From NCBI GenBank assembly GCA_009103225.1, contig RHPI01001037.1, positions 1,419,127 to 1,483,126 of the forward strand: 64,000 nt of DNA. Direction: 5' to 3'. The notes below the pieces were generated by a model, which had not been told where the DNA came from, did not search any database, and saw only the letters and a list, made by a program, of their open reading frames with translations. The position numbers and the translations under genes are program-made. Below, piece after piece: positions 37,314 to 51,500 of the stretch. This DNA comes from Chlorokybus atmophyticus. Taxonomy: Eukaryota; Plantae; Mesostigma and Chlorokybus algae. Numbering within the stretch: position 1 is the first letter of the stretch; every line of letters begins with the position of its first letter.

Positions 37314-40300
37314 ATACACCTGTATGTAATGTGCGCTTGTTGCACATGTACATGTGTATATGTCTGCATAATTGCTGAGTCACGTGCGTGTGCTGTGTTA
37401 TGGTAGCTGATGACCTTTCTGTGGCATCATGCGAATAAACTACGCCTTAAGCTCAAAAACCTTTGTAAGGCGAAATTCAGCACTCTACACAAATGTAAAG
37501 CTATATTCACACTCATCTTCACCAACATGTATTATCAAATGCGGCTGAAAGAATGAGTGAATGGTGCTCTGCCTAGAGGAGTGGAGACACCCAAGATGTG
37601 CAAGTGTGTCAACTTGTTTCTCAACTTCCGCAGCGCCATCTGCTCCACTTTATTGATGTTGTCAGAGGCTTCAACAACAAAGGCATCAAGCGCATCCACA
37701 TGCTGCATCGCTTCTCTCAATGTCCGCGCGCGAGGAGGCTCGTTATCGGGGTCATCTGTGCATGCTACTTTCAAAAACACGGTCATAACAACTTGACTGC
37801 ATGTAGCAAGAGCATTACACCAACGCGCTTACCTTTCTCATCCTCGTTATCATCATTAGAATGGCTTCAGGCCAACGGATGCAAGTATCTCATCATCCGT
37901 TGTAGCTGCTTCCGTGGGCAATGTCTCATCTATATCCACAAACTCTTCGGCGCTGATGGTGTCTGCCGATGGCAGCTTCATGCATGCCACGAGCTGCTGT
38001 AAGTTATCTACCTCCTATGCATAGCAGCGCTGCATGTCAATGTAATAAAACATGCATCCAATCAGCAGAAACCAACAACAAAACAAGTATACCTTGGTCA
38101 ATGACGCACGGATAGGCGCTGAGGTTGTAATTGGCTGTAGTAGCACACCAATCAGCAGGTATCACTCTGCTCTTGCGCCAGCAATTGCGCATGTTAGAAG
38201 GATTGACCTCCATCCAAGCCTCGCGGCTCCACATAATGGCGTCGCGCACATCCACCTTGGTCTTGCTAAGGTTGGAAGTGGGGTTGGCGTCAAACTCTGC
38301 CAGCATGTGTGCGACCAGCTTCTTGTTTTAGCTGCAAAGCACTTCGTATAAACAAGTGCCACGATGACAACATGCACACATAATGACAAGGTTCTTCACC
38401 GCATCTTGAATGCAATGATGCCCGCGTCCATGGGCTAAATGACTGATGTTGTGTTTGGAAACAAGAACAACTGACAACTATCAGATTGGACATGGTGAGG
38501 CTCGTGAAGCTCTATTTTACCCCAATCGCTGCTTGCGCGCAAATGTGCGTTGATGCGTTGTCCATGAGCACCAGCAAGTATCGGCACGCCGCATGTCTTC
38601 ATTGAATGCACACAGCCATCGTGTAAACACATGCACGCCCATTGCTGCAAATCAGCATAGCGCACGCTTGCACAAGCGCGCGCACGCGCACGCGCACGCA
38701 GCACATGCATCAAAAATCAACAGATTATGCACATACATATGCATGCAAGCACAACACAAACAATGCATATCAGTCCAGCATGCACGCACGCGCACGCACG
38801 TGCATGAGCGTCCGCGCAGATTGCACAGATACATGCATGGGTTGATCACATAACAACTCACCTGATGTGTCATCCACGCAGTTGAGTTGTACTCGTACTT
38901 CACTCCGACTCTCATTGGTTGCCATGTCTTACCAAAGCATTGAGGCTGCTTGAATTTCCAATAAACATTACCAGACGCTTTTCTATGCCGCTCGCATCCG
39001 CGCACAAGACAACAGTGCATCGCTGCTTGTGTTTTTTCCATTCTGCAACAAAACAAATAATTGCTACTGCAAATCTCATGCACGGATGTGACACACTTAA
39101 GCAATGCATGTTGTTAATTCAGCAAAAAGTTGCAGCAAGATGTGCTTCTTACCCGCATGCGTCCAAGGCTGCAACTACAAGTGTGCGACTTGGGCGTGCA
39201 TGGTAGAACAACCCCAATTCATCCATGTTGAAAGTGTCATCGGGGGTGTAATCTTTCAATAGAAGGGGCAGCTCCATCATTGCCAAGCGCACACCATCCA
39301 TGTCATCATCGCCTACCTCTCCGTGTAATGCATAAGCCTTGACGCCATGACGCTTCTTGAAATCATCAAGCCAGCCCGAAGAGAACGACAAGTTGGGTGC
39401 TATATCGATGCCCGCAGCATCAGCAAGAACTCGTGCTTCACCAACCAAGATCTCATCAGTAAATGTGTCCTTGCGCAACCGCGCCGGACCAAAGCATGCA
39501 TACAGCGCTGCTTTTAGCTCTGGATAAAGGGCTTGTCTAACCTTTCCAAAAGCTACACCACGCTTACCACCCTAAGCTACCACCTCATCGATTGTGTCCT
39601 TTCAGCGCAAAATTTTAGACAGTGCTGGCTGGCTAAGTGTGAGTCGTAGATTGTCTTTGATGATGAGCAGCATGTTACTCTGCTTCTCGCCCGGATGTGC
39701 GTCAACCAGTGCAATTATTGCCTTCTTCTCATGCACAGTGTATGCTCGGCGCTTGACGCCCTTGCTGCACACGCATACAAACACATCCACTTACTCATGC
39801 TTGCTTCATGTGACCTACAAAGCACAGTGTTGTTGCACAAGCAACTTACTCCGCGCCCCCCTCTACCACGCCCGCCGCGTTTTCCTGCGCCACCTCGTGC
39901 AGGCGCAGCGCTGCTACCAGCGTCCCCACCATTACATGCATCAGATTGGTCTGAGTTATGGCTGTCGTCACTATCCTCCATGGTTGCAGTTGGATGCGGC
40001 ACTGCCCCTGCCGCCGCCACGGCCGCCGCCGCCACCTCTGCCGCGTGATGCACAGGCGCAGCGACGTAATGCAAAGTAGCGCGACGTTGCGACCTTGTAA
40101 TGCTGCGAGAAGCAAACTTCTTCTTATCCGTATACTCTCTAGCAAAATCTACAGAAATTTAGCAAGAATCGTATATGTTTATGTGGCTACAAGTATCACT
40201 TATAACCAACAGAATGTATCTGAGAAACCACCGGTCCCCGCCAAAGATATGTTTATAGGTTATTTATACTTACAAAGACGATACCTATAAGCCGAGTAGA

Positions 40301-43300
40301 CTGTAGATACAAGACCAAATAAGATTAAGTGTTGATGCCACATAACTGCGACGTGCCCGTCACTTGGCGGAGAGAGTAGCCGATGTTAATTTTCGGTCGG
40401 ACCTTTTGCTTATAAATAAAATGCATGGGTCAACACCATTGCAAAATCTATTGTCCCTATGATGATATTGTAAAATGATGAAAAACATTTCACTACCACA
40501 TATAGTTAAACACGCACTACATTATATGCATGAAAATATTGCTCATGGTAATCACAACAGGCATGTTGATAACACTATAATAAAAGCATATAATTGATCA
40601 CGTTGATCGCGATGTAATGTAACATAACTTCATACGAAGGTTGCACGTAGCATGTTACTAAAACACTTATGCGTGGTGTAATGTGCACATTACAAATATG
40701 AGTGTATGTTTATGTGCATGCAAAATTTAATCATATACAAATTAGTATAAAATTCAATTTTATCAATTGCACTTGCATTATGCGTGATACTATGGCAAAC
40801 TAGTTTACATTTGTTTATATATGCATTGTAGGCATACACTTTTACATGTAAAATTATATGCATTGTATGCATACACTTTTACATTTGCATATTATGCATC
40901 AAGTTTTACATGCATCTTGTACACAAATTCATCATTGAAATATTGTTATCACATATATTGTGCTTCGTGTAACAAAATACATATAAATTGCACAATTTAA
41001 ACGTCACCATTAATATTATTAGATGATATAACATGATATGACCTTACTCTACAGGGCATTACCAATTATAAATTAATAAATAAAATATATTGTTATCAGA
41101 TGTCAACTCATTTTATGATACTGATTCATTCAACCCATAAAATAACATGGTGATAATGCTATGTGTTGTTGATTTTAATCAATTACAACCCCACTTATTG
41201 ACCACTTCATGTATAAGCGCGAAGCGCGACGTTTTTATGAATGTGTATTCGCCCAGTTGTTATAATGACGAAATCTTTTCGACATCATCAGTATCATGCA
41301 TTATGTTTCGTGAGTGTCATATATCTGTTTATGTTAGTGAGACATAAGTCATGTCCCCAAATTACGGTATGATGCGTTGTCTTACATGCAGCAACGTTAT
41401 GAACAAATAAATAAATAATAGTTCTTCACGCCGATGAGGCACACGCAAGGGTTCTGGAATTGCATGCTTTATACAGATTGTGAGCAATTTTGGCAAAACA
41501 ACATACGGATACAGTGTTAACCGCGGTCATTACAACCAACGACGCACACTTCAAGGAAACCACGATCCGGACCCCGAACTGAGGTCACAAACCTGAGCAC
41601 ACGGTTGTGTAAGCAATTGTATTCTTGTGCTTATCCCCGAAAATTTGAGGCCCGACGGTATTATTACTCCGTTAAGGCCCCGAACAATCAAATGAAAGCC
41701 GTAGTAGGCGGGGGCTTTGTTTGGATGATGTATAGCCCGGCGGCCAAACGAAATCGTTTACAATGATGTAAATATTCATCTAAACGGATAGGGTGTGATT
41801 GCTGTTAGTAGGATAGCTTGAATTCTTTGAAGGTATGGAATGCCCTCCAACCTCGTATCAATGGATACACGTTGTAAAACGCGTTTTGACGCGTGACTGC
41901 GTCGATGTCTGCCTACGCGGGCGACATTTGATACTCTGATGATCGTTTTCGGTCGCCGTTGCCGTGTCGCGCCAAAAATTCTTTGCGCTTTTTATGCAGC
42001 GCTCGGCAACTGCGTTCAACGACGCTACCACCTAATTCATGTACAATTTAAGTTTACGCAATGCGGCATAACTGTTGCGCCACGTATCATATATGGTACC
42101 AAATCAATAGACCGACTCCAAAGCAATTCATCGATATTGCATACAAAGTCCGAACCGTTCCATTGATGTGCTTATTGAATGCGGTTTTTTAAAACGTTCT
42201 TGGGCGATATAATACAACTTAGTTAAATATGTTATCGTGAGAGGGGTAGGTTTCGACAGTGATAATTAATGGTATGAGGATCACGTAAGCGAACTTCTCT
42301 TAAGCCCAGCAATTGAAGATTAGACGTAACCGTTCCCTTACATACATTTATATGCGGCTATATATGTAATACACAATCATCTGCTGCTACATTTCACACG
42401 TATATCAACTAGTATAGGATATCCTTAAAACAGATCCAAATGAACAATATGCCATCACATGTAGCCATTGTACACGGTATGCACACTGTGCTCCTTATTG
42501 TCATTTATCGGCATATATATTTGAGCTAATGCGTGACTTAGACATGTTCTTTTTACGGCCACGATCTTATGTTTGGCAAATCTAATGGTTCAACGCTAGT
42601 ACTCGCCACCCAGCCAATGAAAGGCAGCAGGTCGCGCACACTACCGCGCAGCCCGGTAGTTGCGGGTGCCATGTGTGAAAGCCCATTACTGATGGCCTTT
42701 GCGCACGTGTGTAAGTGACCTTGCTTGCGTGCAGCCGGACGGACGGACCAAACAGCCGCACCACTAGTTTGCGAGAGGGGGGGGGGGGGGGGGGGTCGGG
42801 CAAATACGGTAAACGTACACTACCGATTTATGTACACATCAACTTACCCCATTAGAGTCTTCCTTGATCAAGTCCTCCATGTAAGGATGGGGATCAAATA
42901 TGGGTATGAGTCTGCACGATGAAAAGCAACTAAGCACATTGAGAATAATTATATTATAAATTATATACTTTATTAACTTTAGCAAACTTGAGTATTCTCA
43001 TCTTGATACATATAATATGTTATATCGGAATACTCGTAAACCCGTTTACGTTGAGTATTTTTATTATAATTGTAAATACTACGATTTGACAAAAATGATT
43101 AAACCATAATTACATCATATATTGCTGAACAAGTATGTGCTGCAAGTATTTTATACATAATGACATGTGTACGAAATAAAACCGCATGACGCGCAATATA
43201 ATCTCAACGAGAGTCGCTTTTGCGTATATATGCATATGATAGTATAAGTATGAAGCAATAGATCATGATACTCATACATCAGTGACATTGTCACATATCA

Positions 43301-45849
43301 AGCAATTGAATATTTGTAATATGTGCGGCTGTACTTGCGACATGGGACATTATCAAGCAATGCTCATCGGGTTACCTTTGATTCGGCCTAGAACAGCACT
43401 GAGAGGCTTTGCCAAAGGAGCGCGGTTTCGTTGCAAAGCTCAAAGCACTCTTTTGAGCAATTATGAAGTTGGATAGTTTCTTCGCCATTACATAGCGAGC
43501 AAGTCATATTGTACATTACATTGTGTATCATTGTTATGCATCCCCTATAAGCACGCATGTTGCCTAACAATTCTTGGACTTTTCATTATTACGATGTGGC
43601 TCACTGTCAGCTTGATTATCAGTGACGAGCAAGCTTTGCGTATGGCTTGCTAAAAGTTTGCACTATGACCGCCGCTATTGTATGCAACCGGGTCGAGGCA
43701 TTTGCTGAACTTCATTTACTAGGTGACGCAGTACAGCAGGTCAAGCGCGGCTTCTCACTCCAAAGCACAGCGTATAGCTGTGTGCTCGTTTTGCCACCTT
43801 ATTTGCAATTTGTTTTTGGTATTGCATGCACATTTTTTCTCGTACGGTTTGCTAAAATGTGCAGTGTGACTGTTGTGATCGTTGCATAGAGCTGGGTCGA
43901 GGCATTTGCTCAAGTATATTCTGCCTACTACGGCAAGTCAAGCGCGGCTATTGATTCCAAGCAGGATGTAAAACTGCGTGCTCTCTTTGCGTATGTTTTT
44001 GCGTTTATAATGCACATTTTCTCTCGTGAGTATGATCGATGATTTCAAGGTATTATGATTGTGCTATATTTGTCAACCCCTTATTTTGTATGTTAGGAGC
44101 CATGACCAACATTCAAGTTGTATTAAATAACTACTTTAACTTGCAATGTGAGTGCAGTGTGCGGATGATGCCATAGCTCTGGTATTTATATGATCAACAT
44201 GTTTTCATACACATAAATGTACGGGGTGGCGTTGGCGTGTTTTGTGCTTTTTGCTCTCATTTATGTAGGACCAACACAATGGCTTCAGACGCGTATTGGC
44301 CAATTGGTTGTTGACATGTTTCATTGTTGCTATGATATGAACCATGTTTACGAAGATCTACATGGTCATGACTGTGTGTGAAGGTGAAGCCCAATTGAAT
44401 CCAAAGTTGGTTTATTATTGTAGTACGGAACGGTATAAGGTACAGTTTTTGTTCGTCAACATTGCTCTGCGCAAACAACGGCACAACATGCAGACTCATT
44501 GTTTCAAACTCTCAACGACGCTTGAAACAATTATTACTTTGTATACAACAACAATTGCACGATAATTGGCTTTGTTCTTCTTATTGTAGCCCACATAAAA
44601 CGTTTTTGTTATGCAGTAAAAAGCGATTAAGTGGGTTTTCCATTCCATAAGCATGTGTAGTGCTGATGGGGTGCGCTCTCATGTAGGTCTACTTTTGAGC
44701 CTATTTAACCTTAAATGTGATGAACTACACCAGGCATTGATGAGGGCTAGCACAGAGCTGGTCAATGGTCAAGGCCTTTGGCCCAAAACTATAAGTTGCC
44801 ACATGATGTGACAGCTCCAGGAAAGAAAGCTCAGTTGGCAAACCACATAATCATACTGTGGTGGTGCCATATGCCATTATAGTGACAGTTGCAAGGCTAA
44901 GTAAGTATACCTGTGGGCAATCCGCAAATATTACTGTACTAGGAGAGCCTATGTTTGAAGTTCCGAGGTAGGATTGTTCCTCCTTTAGAAAATCGAGGGA
45001 GTTTAATACTCTCGAGGTGGAGTTTGTTGATTCCTTTGTTGCAACAAGGTCAGCACATAGTGATAAGGCCTTGAGGGCCTTGGACATCCTGTCACACGGT
45101 GTGTCAGAGAGAGCAGCAGGTGCCTGGTTGTAGCTGTTGAAGGGGCTCTCCCCCTCATCCCTTGTGGGGTGGGGTGTTGTGTGTGTGCATTTGGGTGTGA
45201 TGGGCGTGGGTGTGCCTAGGGAGCTGTGTGAGAGGTTGGTGGTCATCATCTCCTCCCTTGGTGCGCTTCTGCAACTTCCCTTGCACCGTGGTGCTGATGG
45301 GACTTCCGCTGTAAGTCCTTAGTGCTTGTGCATAGATTTGCCAAGCCCCGACCAGCAAGTAAGTAGTGGTATTGTTACATTGGACTCGGAGCTTGTTTCC
45401 AAGCCTTGCATGCATGTTCATAAGCTTGTGCACTTGCTGGACAATGCATGCGTTGCATTCTTTGCATGCATGTGCTGCATGGCAGTTTTCATGCTAATTG
45501 TCGTCCTAGTTGATCGTTGCAGCTGCACGCACACTTCCATGCTAGGTGTGGGCCGTTTTGCACGGTAATCTGTGGATTTCTTGTGTGCATTTGCTGCTGG
45601 TGCATAATCTTGCACACGCATCTGCATTTTAGTGCACTTTGCTGCTCGTGTGCGCGCGTGTGCGCGTGTGTGCATCTGTTACAATGACCACACCGTGTGG
45701 GTTCGCCCATTGTGAAGATGGCTGAGCAACAGCATACATCATGTGAGGAGATACTTTTAAGCAATGATATTGCCAAGACCACTCAACAGCTGGCCACTTT
45801 GGTTGCCACATGTGTGAGCAAGTAACAAGGATGCAACAACAACACGAAG

Positions 45850-47600
45850 CCGACATTGCTCGATTGCAACTGCCGAGAGCTGATAAGGTCCCTTATGGAA
45901 GACATGTTGATGCATGCAACAATGCACAACCCGGTCATCGAGATCGAAAGCGTAACCGTGAAGCTTAGCTTAGTGAGGCTAAGGCGGACGCAGGGCCATG
46001 TTGTGATGTACGAGGGGCATGACGAGAGCAAGAAGCCATGCATGCAACAGGGATTGCCATTGGCTAGTTGCTCAAGGGACATTGATAAGAAGTGTGCTTA
46101 CGGTGACTTGTTGTCACGCCTTCCCCAACCATGCAATATTGCTGTGTGGGAGAATGAGATGGGTGTACATGTGGACATTCAAGTCTTGCAGCACGATTGT
46201 GCGGGCAGATGTGTTTTGTCTCAATGCGCCCGTTGACAAGGTGTACAACACGCTCAAGCACTAAGTTGCATGCAAGAGCAAGAGCACGCACAACACGAGT
46301 GCGTACGTTATTGTACCCAAGCATCCCGGCGCATGGGTTCGCCTCACCAAAATTATGCAAGTCTTGGGTGAAGTCAAGCTGAAAAAGGGGCATGCACATG
46401 TGTTGTATAACCCTCCTACCATCGATCCAGTAAGTTCCCTAGACTTAACTAGGCTGTTTAAGGCATCAGTTGCGCACGTGCCATGCATTTTTTTAAAAAA
46501 CACAGGTTACCAAAAAACCTTGTGAGTCTCTTGTGCAACGCTTAGGCATTTGCGTCACCAAGTGTAATGACACGGTTGTGGCCTTGAACAAGCACGAAGT
46601 TCCTATGCGGGGAGTCGTGCGCTTGTCCGTGCATACGCAGGGCTACCATGCTCAGCTCAAGTTCTTGGTCATCCCTGTTGTGGATGTCATTGCTGGCAGC
46701 CATTGGGAGCAAGCATGTAGCTTGCGCACGTACGCAGACATCAAACTTTGCAGTGTATGCAAAGGGCGAGTCGTGTGACCTTGCGCGCAGATGGGCATGC
46801 TGTCGTACCCGCTGTAAGTGATGACAGATCTGGTACCGATGTCTCATGTTGTTTGTTGAGTGCTTTGCAGGTGAACAGGGCGGTTCGCCTTGAAGCACAA
46901 CCCCTTTTAGTGCTAGTCCGGCCATTTGCCACAAACAGCCCAACCACTGCAAATGATAACACCAATGGCAAACCTCAAGACGCGGCTGAGCGAAGCCTCG
47001 GTATTCAGTTCATTGCATTTAATCAGTGCTACCATAATATACGAATTACCTCAGAAGATGAGCCTAAGACAGCGTTTAAGACGCCTGTGGGTCACTTCCA
47101 ATGCAAAATACTCATTTTTTGGCTGACGAATGCGCCAGCCATCTTTCAAGCTATAATGAACCGAGTGTTCCATAAGCTGATTGAAAAGTAAGTACTTGTA
47201 TACCAGGATGACATCATAATGTTTGATAAGGACCCTGAGTTTGCATGCTGTACATGTATGTGAGGTTCCGGACACATTGCGTGCCAACAAGTTCTTTACG
47301 TACATGCCCAAATGTAAGTTTAGGACAACTATTGGATTTCGTGAGGCACATTGTGAGTGCAAAGGGCGTGTAACCTGATGCCAAGAAAGTTGCGAAGGTT
47401 AAAGAGTGGCCTGCCCCTAGGATGTGCACAAGTCGCGTGCCTTTTTAAGTCTTGAACTATTGTAAAAAGTACATTCAGGGTTATTCATCACGAGTAGCAC
47501 CCCTCACCTGTTTGCTAGGTGACAAAGTTGTGTGGAGGTGGGCGCAAGGGCATGAGCCGTTGAGTCCATCAAGAAGGCCTTGGTAATAACACCTGTGTTG
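45850..47600 (+). mobile_element. Highly degenerate Ty3/gypsy remnant (possible gag, protease, RT)
   Basis: YHNIRITSEDEPKTAFKTPVGHFQCKILIFWLTNAPAIFQAIMNRVF, LVYQDDII and PDAKKVAKVKEWPAP. The protease-like GYHAQLKFLVIPVVDVIAG and the gag assignment are weak. Confidence 0.75.
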
Positions 47601-48166
47601 TAATGAGATTACGGGCCCCTGCCGAGTGCGTGCCTCGCGCAAGGTTGACGCAGTCAGCAGGGACCGTAATTTCAACAAATGTCGGTCCATGAAAGCCCCG
47701 TTTTTATTATGAACTTAACCTCCCCACGCAATTAGCATACCATGTTGGAGTTTAAAACGTGGCCTCAAACGTCGCTGGACTCCACTCAGCTTACTAGTAG
47801 TTCAGGCTAAGATTCGTTCTTAGCCGCCTCAAGTTCTAACAGTATCGTAAAGCTAATAGGATCTGACAGGTTCTGACACTTAGAGCATTTCCGGGTCTGA
47901 TATTGACCAGACCTGCCTTGTAACTGGCTTAAGCTTGTATATATCGAGTTTATCATAGTTGTTATAGTTGTTTGGGTATAAGGGGACTCTCGCACACGTT
48001 TATCATGGTTCATTTTGCTTGTGCTTGTATCTGATGATGGCTGGATATGTGGTTTGGGCGAGAGTCTACCTGTGTGAGTCTGTCCTGGTCTAGTTTGGTG
48101 TGTATTTGCTAGCACATACGTTGAAATGTGTTCTGCATCCACGCCAAGATAGCTCTCATTTTAATT

Positions 48167-48590
48167 GGTTATGGGCCCACGTATCCTAGGTTTTGAGCTT
48201 GTGTAGGTATTCTGGCGGAGAAACCGTTGTTGATGGTGGTTTGCTCAGCTTGAATAAAGAGAAGAAGAGCGTTGTACTCCAAGATGAATGCACGTACGCA
48301 CCCACGAAGTGATTTGGGTGAGACTATGACGGTTTCCGAGCCCAAGACTGCTGTAAGGGCGGAGGTTTTCAACCATGACGACCAGCTACAACAAGGTGGT
48401 GATTGAGCCGTTGGGAGGGAACAACTTCAGCACCTGGAGCAGCCGCATGAAGAGGTTGTTTGAGCACAAGGGCTTATGAACTTAATGATCTGGAGGAAGC
48501 AGACCCCAGAAGCCAGAGCGTCGTTTGAAAGCAAAGCACAAGAAAAGCACTTGCACTCATTAGTTTGAACGTGAGGGAGAGACCAGCTTC
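48167..48590 (+). mobile_element. Ty1/copia 5' fragment (PBS plus start of gag)
   Basis: GGTTATGGGCCCA (48167-48179) is the copia-type internal tRNA-iMet PBS; then MTTSYNKVVIEPLGGNNFSTWSSRMKRLFEHKGL*...KALALISLNV, a copia gag N-terminus; truncated at ~48590. Confidence 0.72.
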
Positions 48591-48591
48591 A

Positions 48592-51500
48592 TTTGGAAGG
48601 GCCTGGCGCCAAGTAGTATAACTTGACCATATGAGCATCTAATCCGGAAAGACGGTGCGTAAGAAAGGTCTAGAAGTGTATAACAAGGTTCTGCAATAAC
48701 ATCTTAGCATCTGGTTTTGTGTAGCACGGGAATCGTCTAGACAGTAGCATGTGCAGACTGGTAGGTATAAAAGCGACTTTTTACATTGTGAAATACAACC
48801 TTTAGCTCCCTAGTTTCTTGTGTGCAAGCCTGGTGGTGATTAAAAGGGATTGCTAGCGTGTGTCCACTGGTGTGTGCTTGCGTGACAATCAAAGGCGCTA
48901 CACAAGTCGGTGTGTAGCTTGGAGCGCATGCGCGTGCGTACGCAAGTGGCGGGGCGCACGTGTGTGCTTGGCGGAGGGGACAAGGTTCCGGTATGAATAC
49001 CGTGCCTTGGTGAGAGGGTTGTTGATTGGACCAACTCACAGGTGACAAGGCACGAGCACCGTTACAACTGGTATCGGAGCAAGGTTTACGAAGGTGCAAG
49101 AGGAAGTGTGTAGGCGTTTACACTTTTCATTCGGAAGCGGAATGTAGTGTGTTAGTGGAGATGGAGGATGCTCGCATGGAAGAGCGTCAAGCTGCCATCT
49201 TATCATTGAGGGAAGAGCTTCATCACACTCAAGCGGCGGCACAAGCACGACGCGAGGTGTATGAGCATGCGATGGCGCGTGTACAAGTTCTCATGGCATC
49301 AAGCTCGCGCGTGCGTGTGAAGGTGCTAAAGCCCAAGCCATTTAAGGGTCAACGTGATGGAGATGTAGTAGATGAATGGATTTCCCAAGTATCGTCTTGG
49401 TTGAAGCTCACGGAGGTGCCCACGCATCTGCACGTGGAGGTTGTAGCGGCATTGCTTGAAGGTGCAGCACTTGTATGGTGGAGACATTGTTGTACGCGTG
49501 TTGCAAGTGGGTTGGCGCTACCATTGACCACCATGGATTAGTTGGCTCTTGAGATCAGGCATCTGTTTGTTCCCGTGGAGAGTGTGAAGGCCGCATGCGA
49601 TAAAATTGCAGCCCTTGTGCAAACGGGGTCGGTGACGGCGTACACGGCTACATTTCAGCGTTTGGTGATGTCCATACCCATTATGACCGAGGAAGAGCAG
49701 TTGAACAGGTACACGTGGTTTAAAACCTTTGGGATGCAAAGAAATGGAGCTACGGGACCCTAAAACTTTAGTGGAAGCTATACGCATCGCGGAGCTTTTC
49801 AACGCGTTGTACTTCAAGTCTTCAGCAACAAACGCTGACTGGAGGCGTGGGAGCAAGCAAGAGCGTGGTGATCAACCTAGGGGAAGCTTTCAACATGCAT
49901 GGACACGAAGGGAACCAAGTTCACAACTTGCAAAGAAAGTTGGAGCTGATTTTAGACCATCACCAATGGAGGTGGGTGCCGTACACACGCGTAACGGCGT
50001 GGCGAAGCACGGTGGACGTGGTGAGGCAGGTAGCAGCGTGCGCAAGTGTTACGTGTGCGGTTCGACAGAACATTTGGCATTCAGTTGCTCGAAGCGGCGC
50101 ATGGAAACGTCTGCATCAGCTGCCAACACATATCGCACGACGCATCAGCGCAATGGAGGAAGATGGCGTGGAGGAGCAGGGACACGACTCCCCCTAGTAG
50201 GTAAGGAGGCTACTGCTGGGGATGAGGGGGAGCCTCACGCACAAATAAAGATTGAGACATCGCAACCAAGGAAGAAAATGGAGGTGGCTATGAACACGCC
50301 CATGGTGGTAAGTTATGCAAGCGAGGAGGCAACAAAGTACGTTGGGCTTTTAGCACGCATTTGCGATGAACGAGGACAATGGAGGGAGTGCAACCTTATG
50401 GTTGATAGTGGAGCATACAGCAACTTCATAAGTGAGGAGGTTGCACGGCGCTACGGTTGGCCTTCACCATTATGAGGAGGAGAAGTGAAACTCGTTGATG
50501 GGGAACCACCCTCTGGAGGTACCGGTGCTGCGTTTTTAACCAAGGAATTGTGTGTTCACATGGGGAAGTTGAAGGAGAATATGTGATTCTGCTGCATCAC
50601 CTACAGAACGAGTTTGAAGGAATTTTGGGACTACCGTGGCTGTGGCAACATAACACATTTATCGATTGGAGGAAGCGTGTGCTCACCATTAAGGGAAACG
50701 ATGGAGAGTCCATTCAAGGTCTACGCGCGTGCTCCATTGAAGTGGAAGACCACTCTTGCGAGGAAAGTAAGAAGGGCTTTGTCATAGCTGCGTCGGATGT
50801 CGCTAAGGCAAGTTTGCGCACGTGTGTTGAGCACCTGCAAGGGGATACAAGCACCGGAAAGGCACGGCACGCGCAATCAGGTGGGACTCGCATTGCTCAA
50901 GTTTTCTATGTGCAATAGAGGAGGCTGCTATCCCCACAAAAAGCGAAGGCTGCATGGTTGTGCGTGGTGCATAAGAGCACATCAAGGCCAGCACCGAAGC
51001 TGTGTGATTGCATTGAGACAGCCACGATGGACCCCGAGGTGTGCAAAAATTTGTTCAGGACTACCAAGATATCATGGTGAACGGACCTCCAGCAGGTCTG
51101 CCACCCTCACGGAGCGTTGATCACCGTGTGGAGTTGATTAAGGGCGTGCACAAGCCACCCTACAGGCCTGTATATAAGTTGTCACCTCTAGAGTTGGAGG
51201 AGGCCGAGAATCAGATAGCGGATCTTCTACAAAAGAGGTTACATTCGGCCAAGTAAGGCACCTTATGGTGCACTAATACTGTTCGTGCGAAAGAAGAACG
51301 GGAGCCTGCATATGTGCATTGACTATCAAGCGCCTCAACACCATTACAAAGATGAACTGCTTTCCACTACCGCGTGTTGACGAGTTGCTAGAGCAGCTAC
51401 AAGGTGCGCAGTACTTTACCACACTTGATTTTGCTAGAGGTTATCATCAGATCCGCATCGCACTAAAGGACGTGAAGAAGACAGCGTTCAACACGCGGTA

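Larger units (their letters stand above)
26099..40303 (-). mobile_element. pogo/Tigger-like DNA transposon 2 (~3.2 kb net), degenerate, interrupted by an 11 kb retroelement
   Basis: TIRs CAGTCTACTCTCCTTATAAGTAT (26099-26121) and the reverse complement of 40281-40303, CAGTCTACTCGGCTTATAGGTAT (20/23); TA on both flanks (26097-8, 40304-5). Transposase fragments at 37535-39790: KRRAYTVHEKKAII (HTH), FSSGWLDDFKKRHG, TFNMDELGLFY, YEYNSTAWMT, FPNTTSVI*PMDAGII, MRNCWRKS. Confidence 0.88.
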
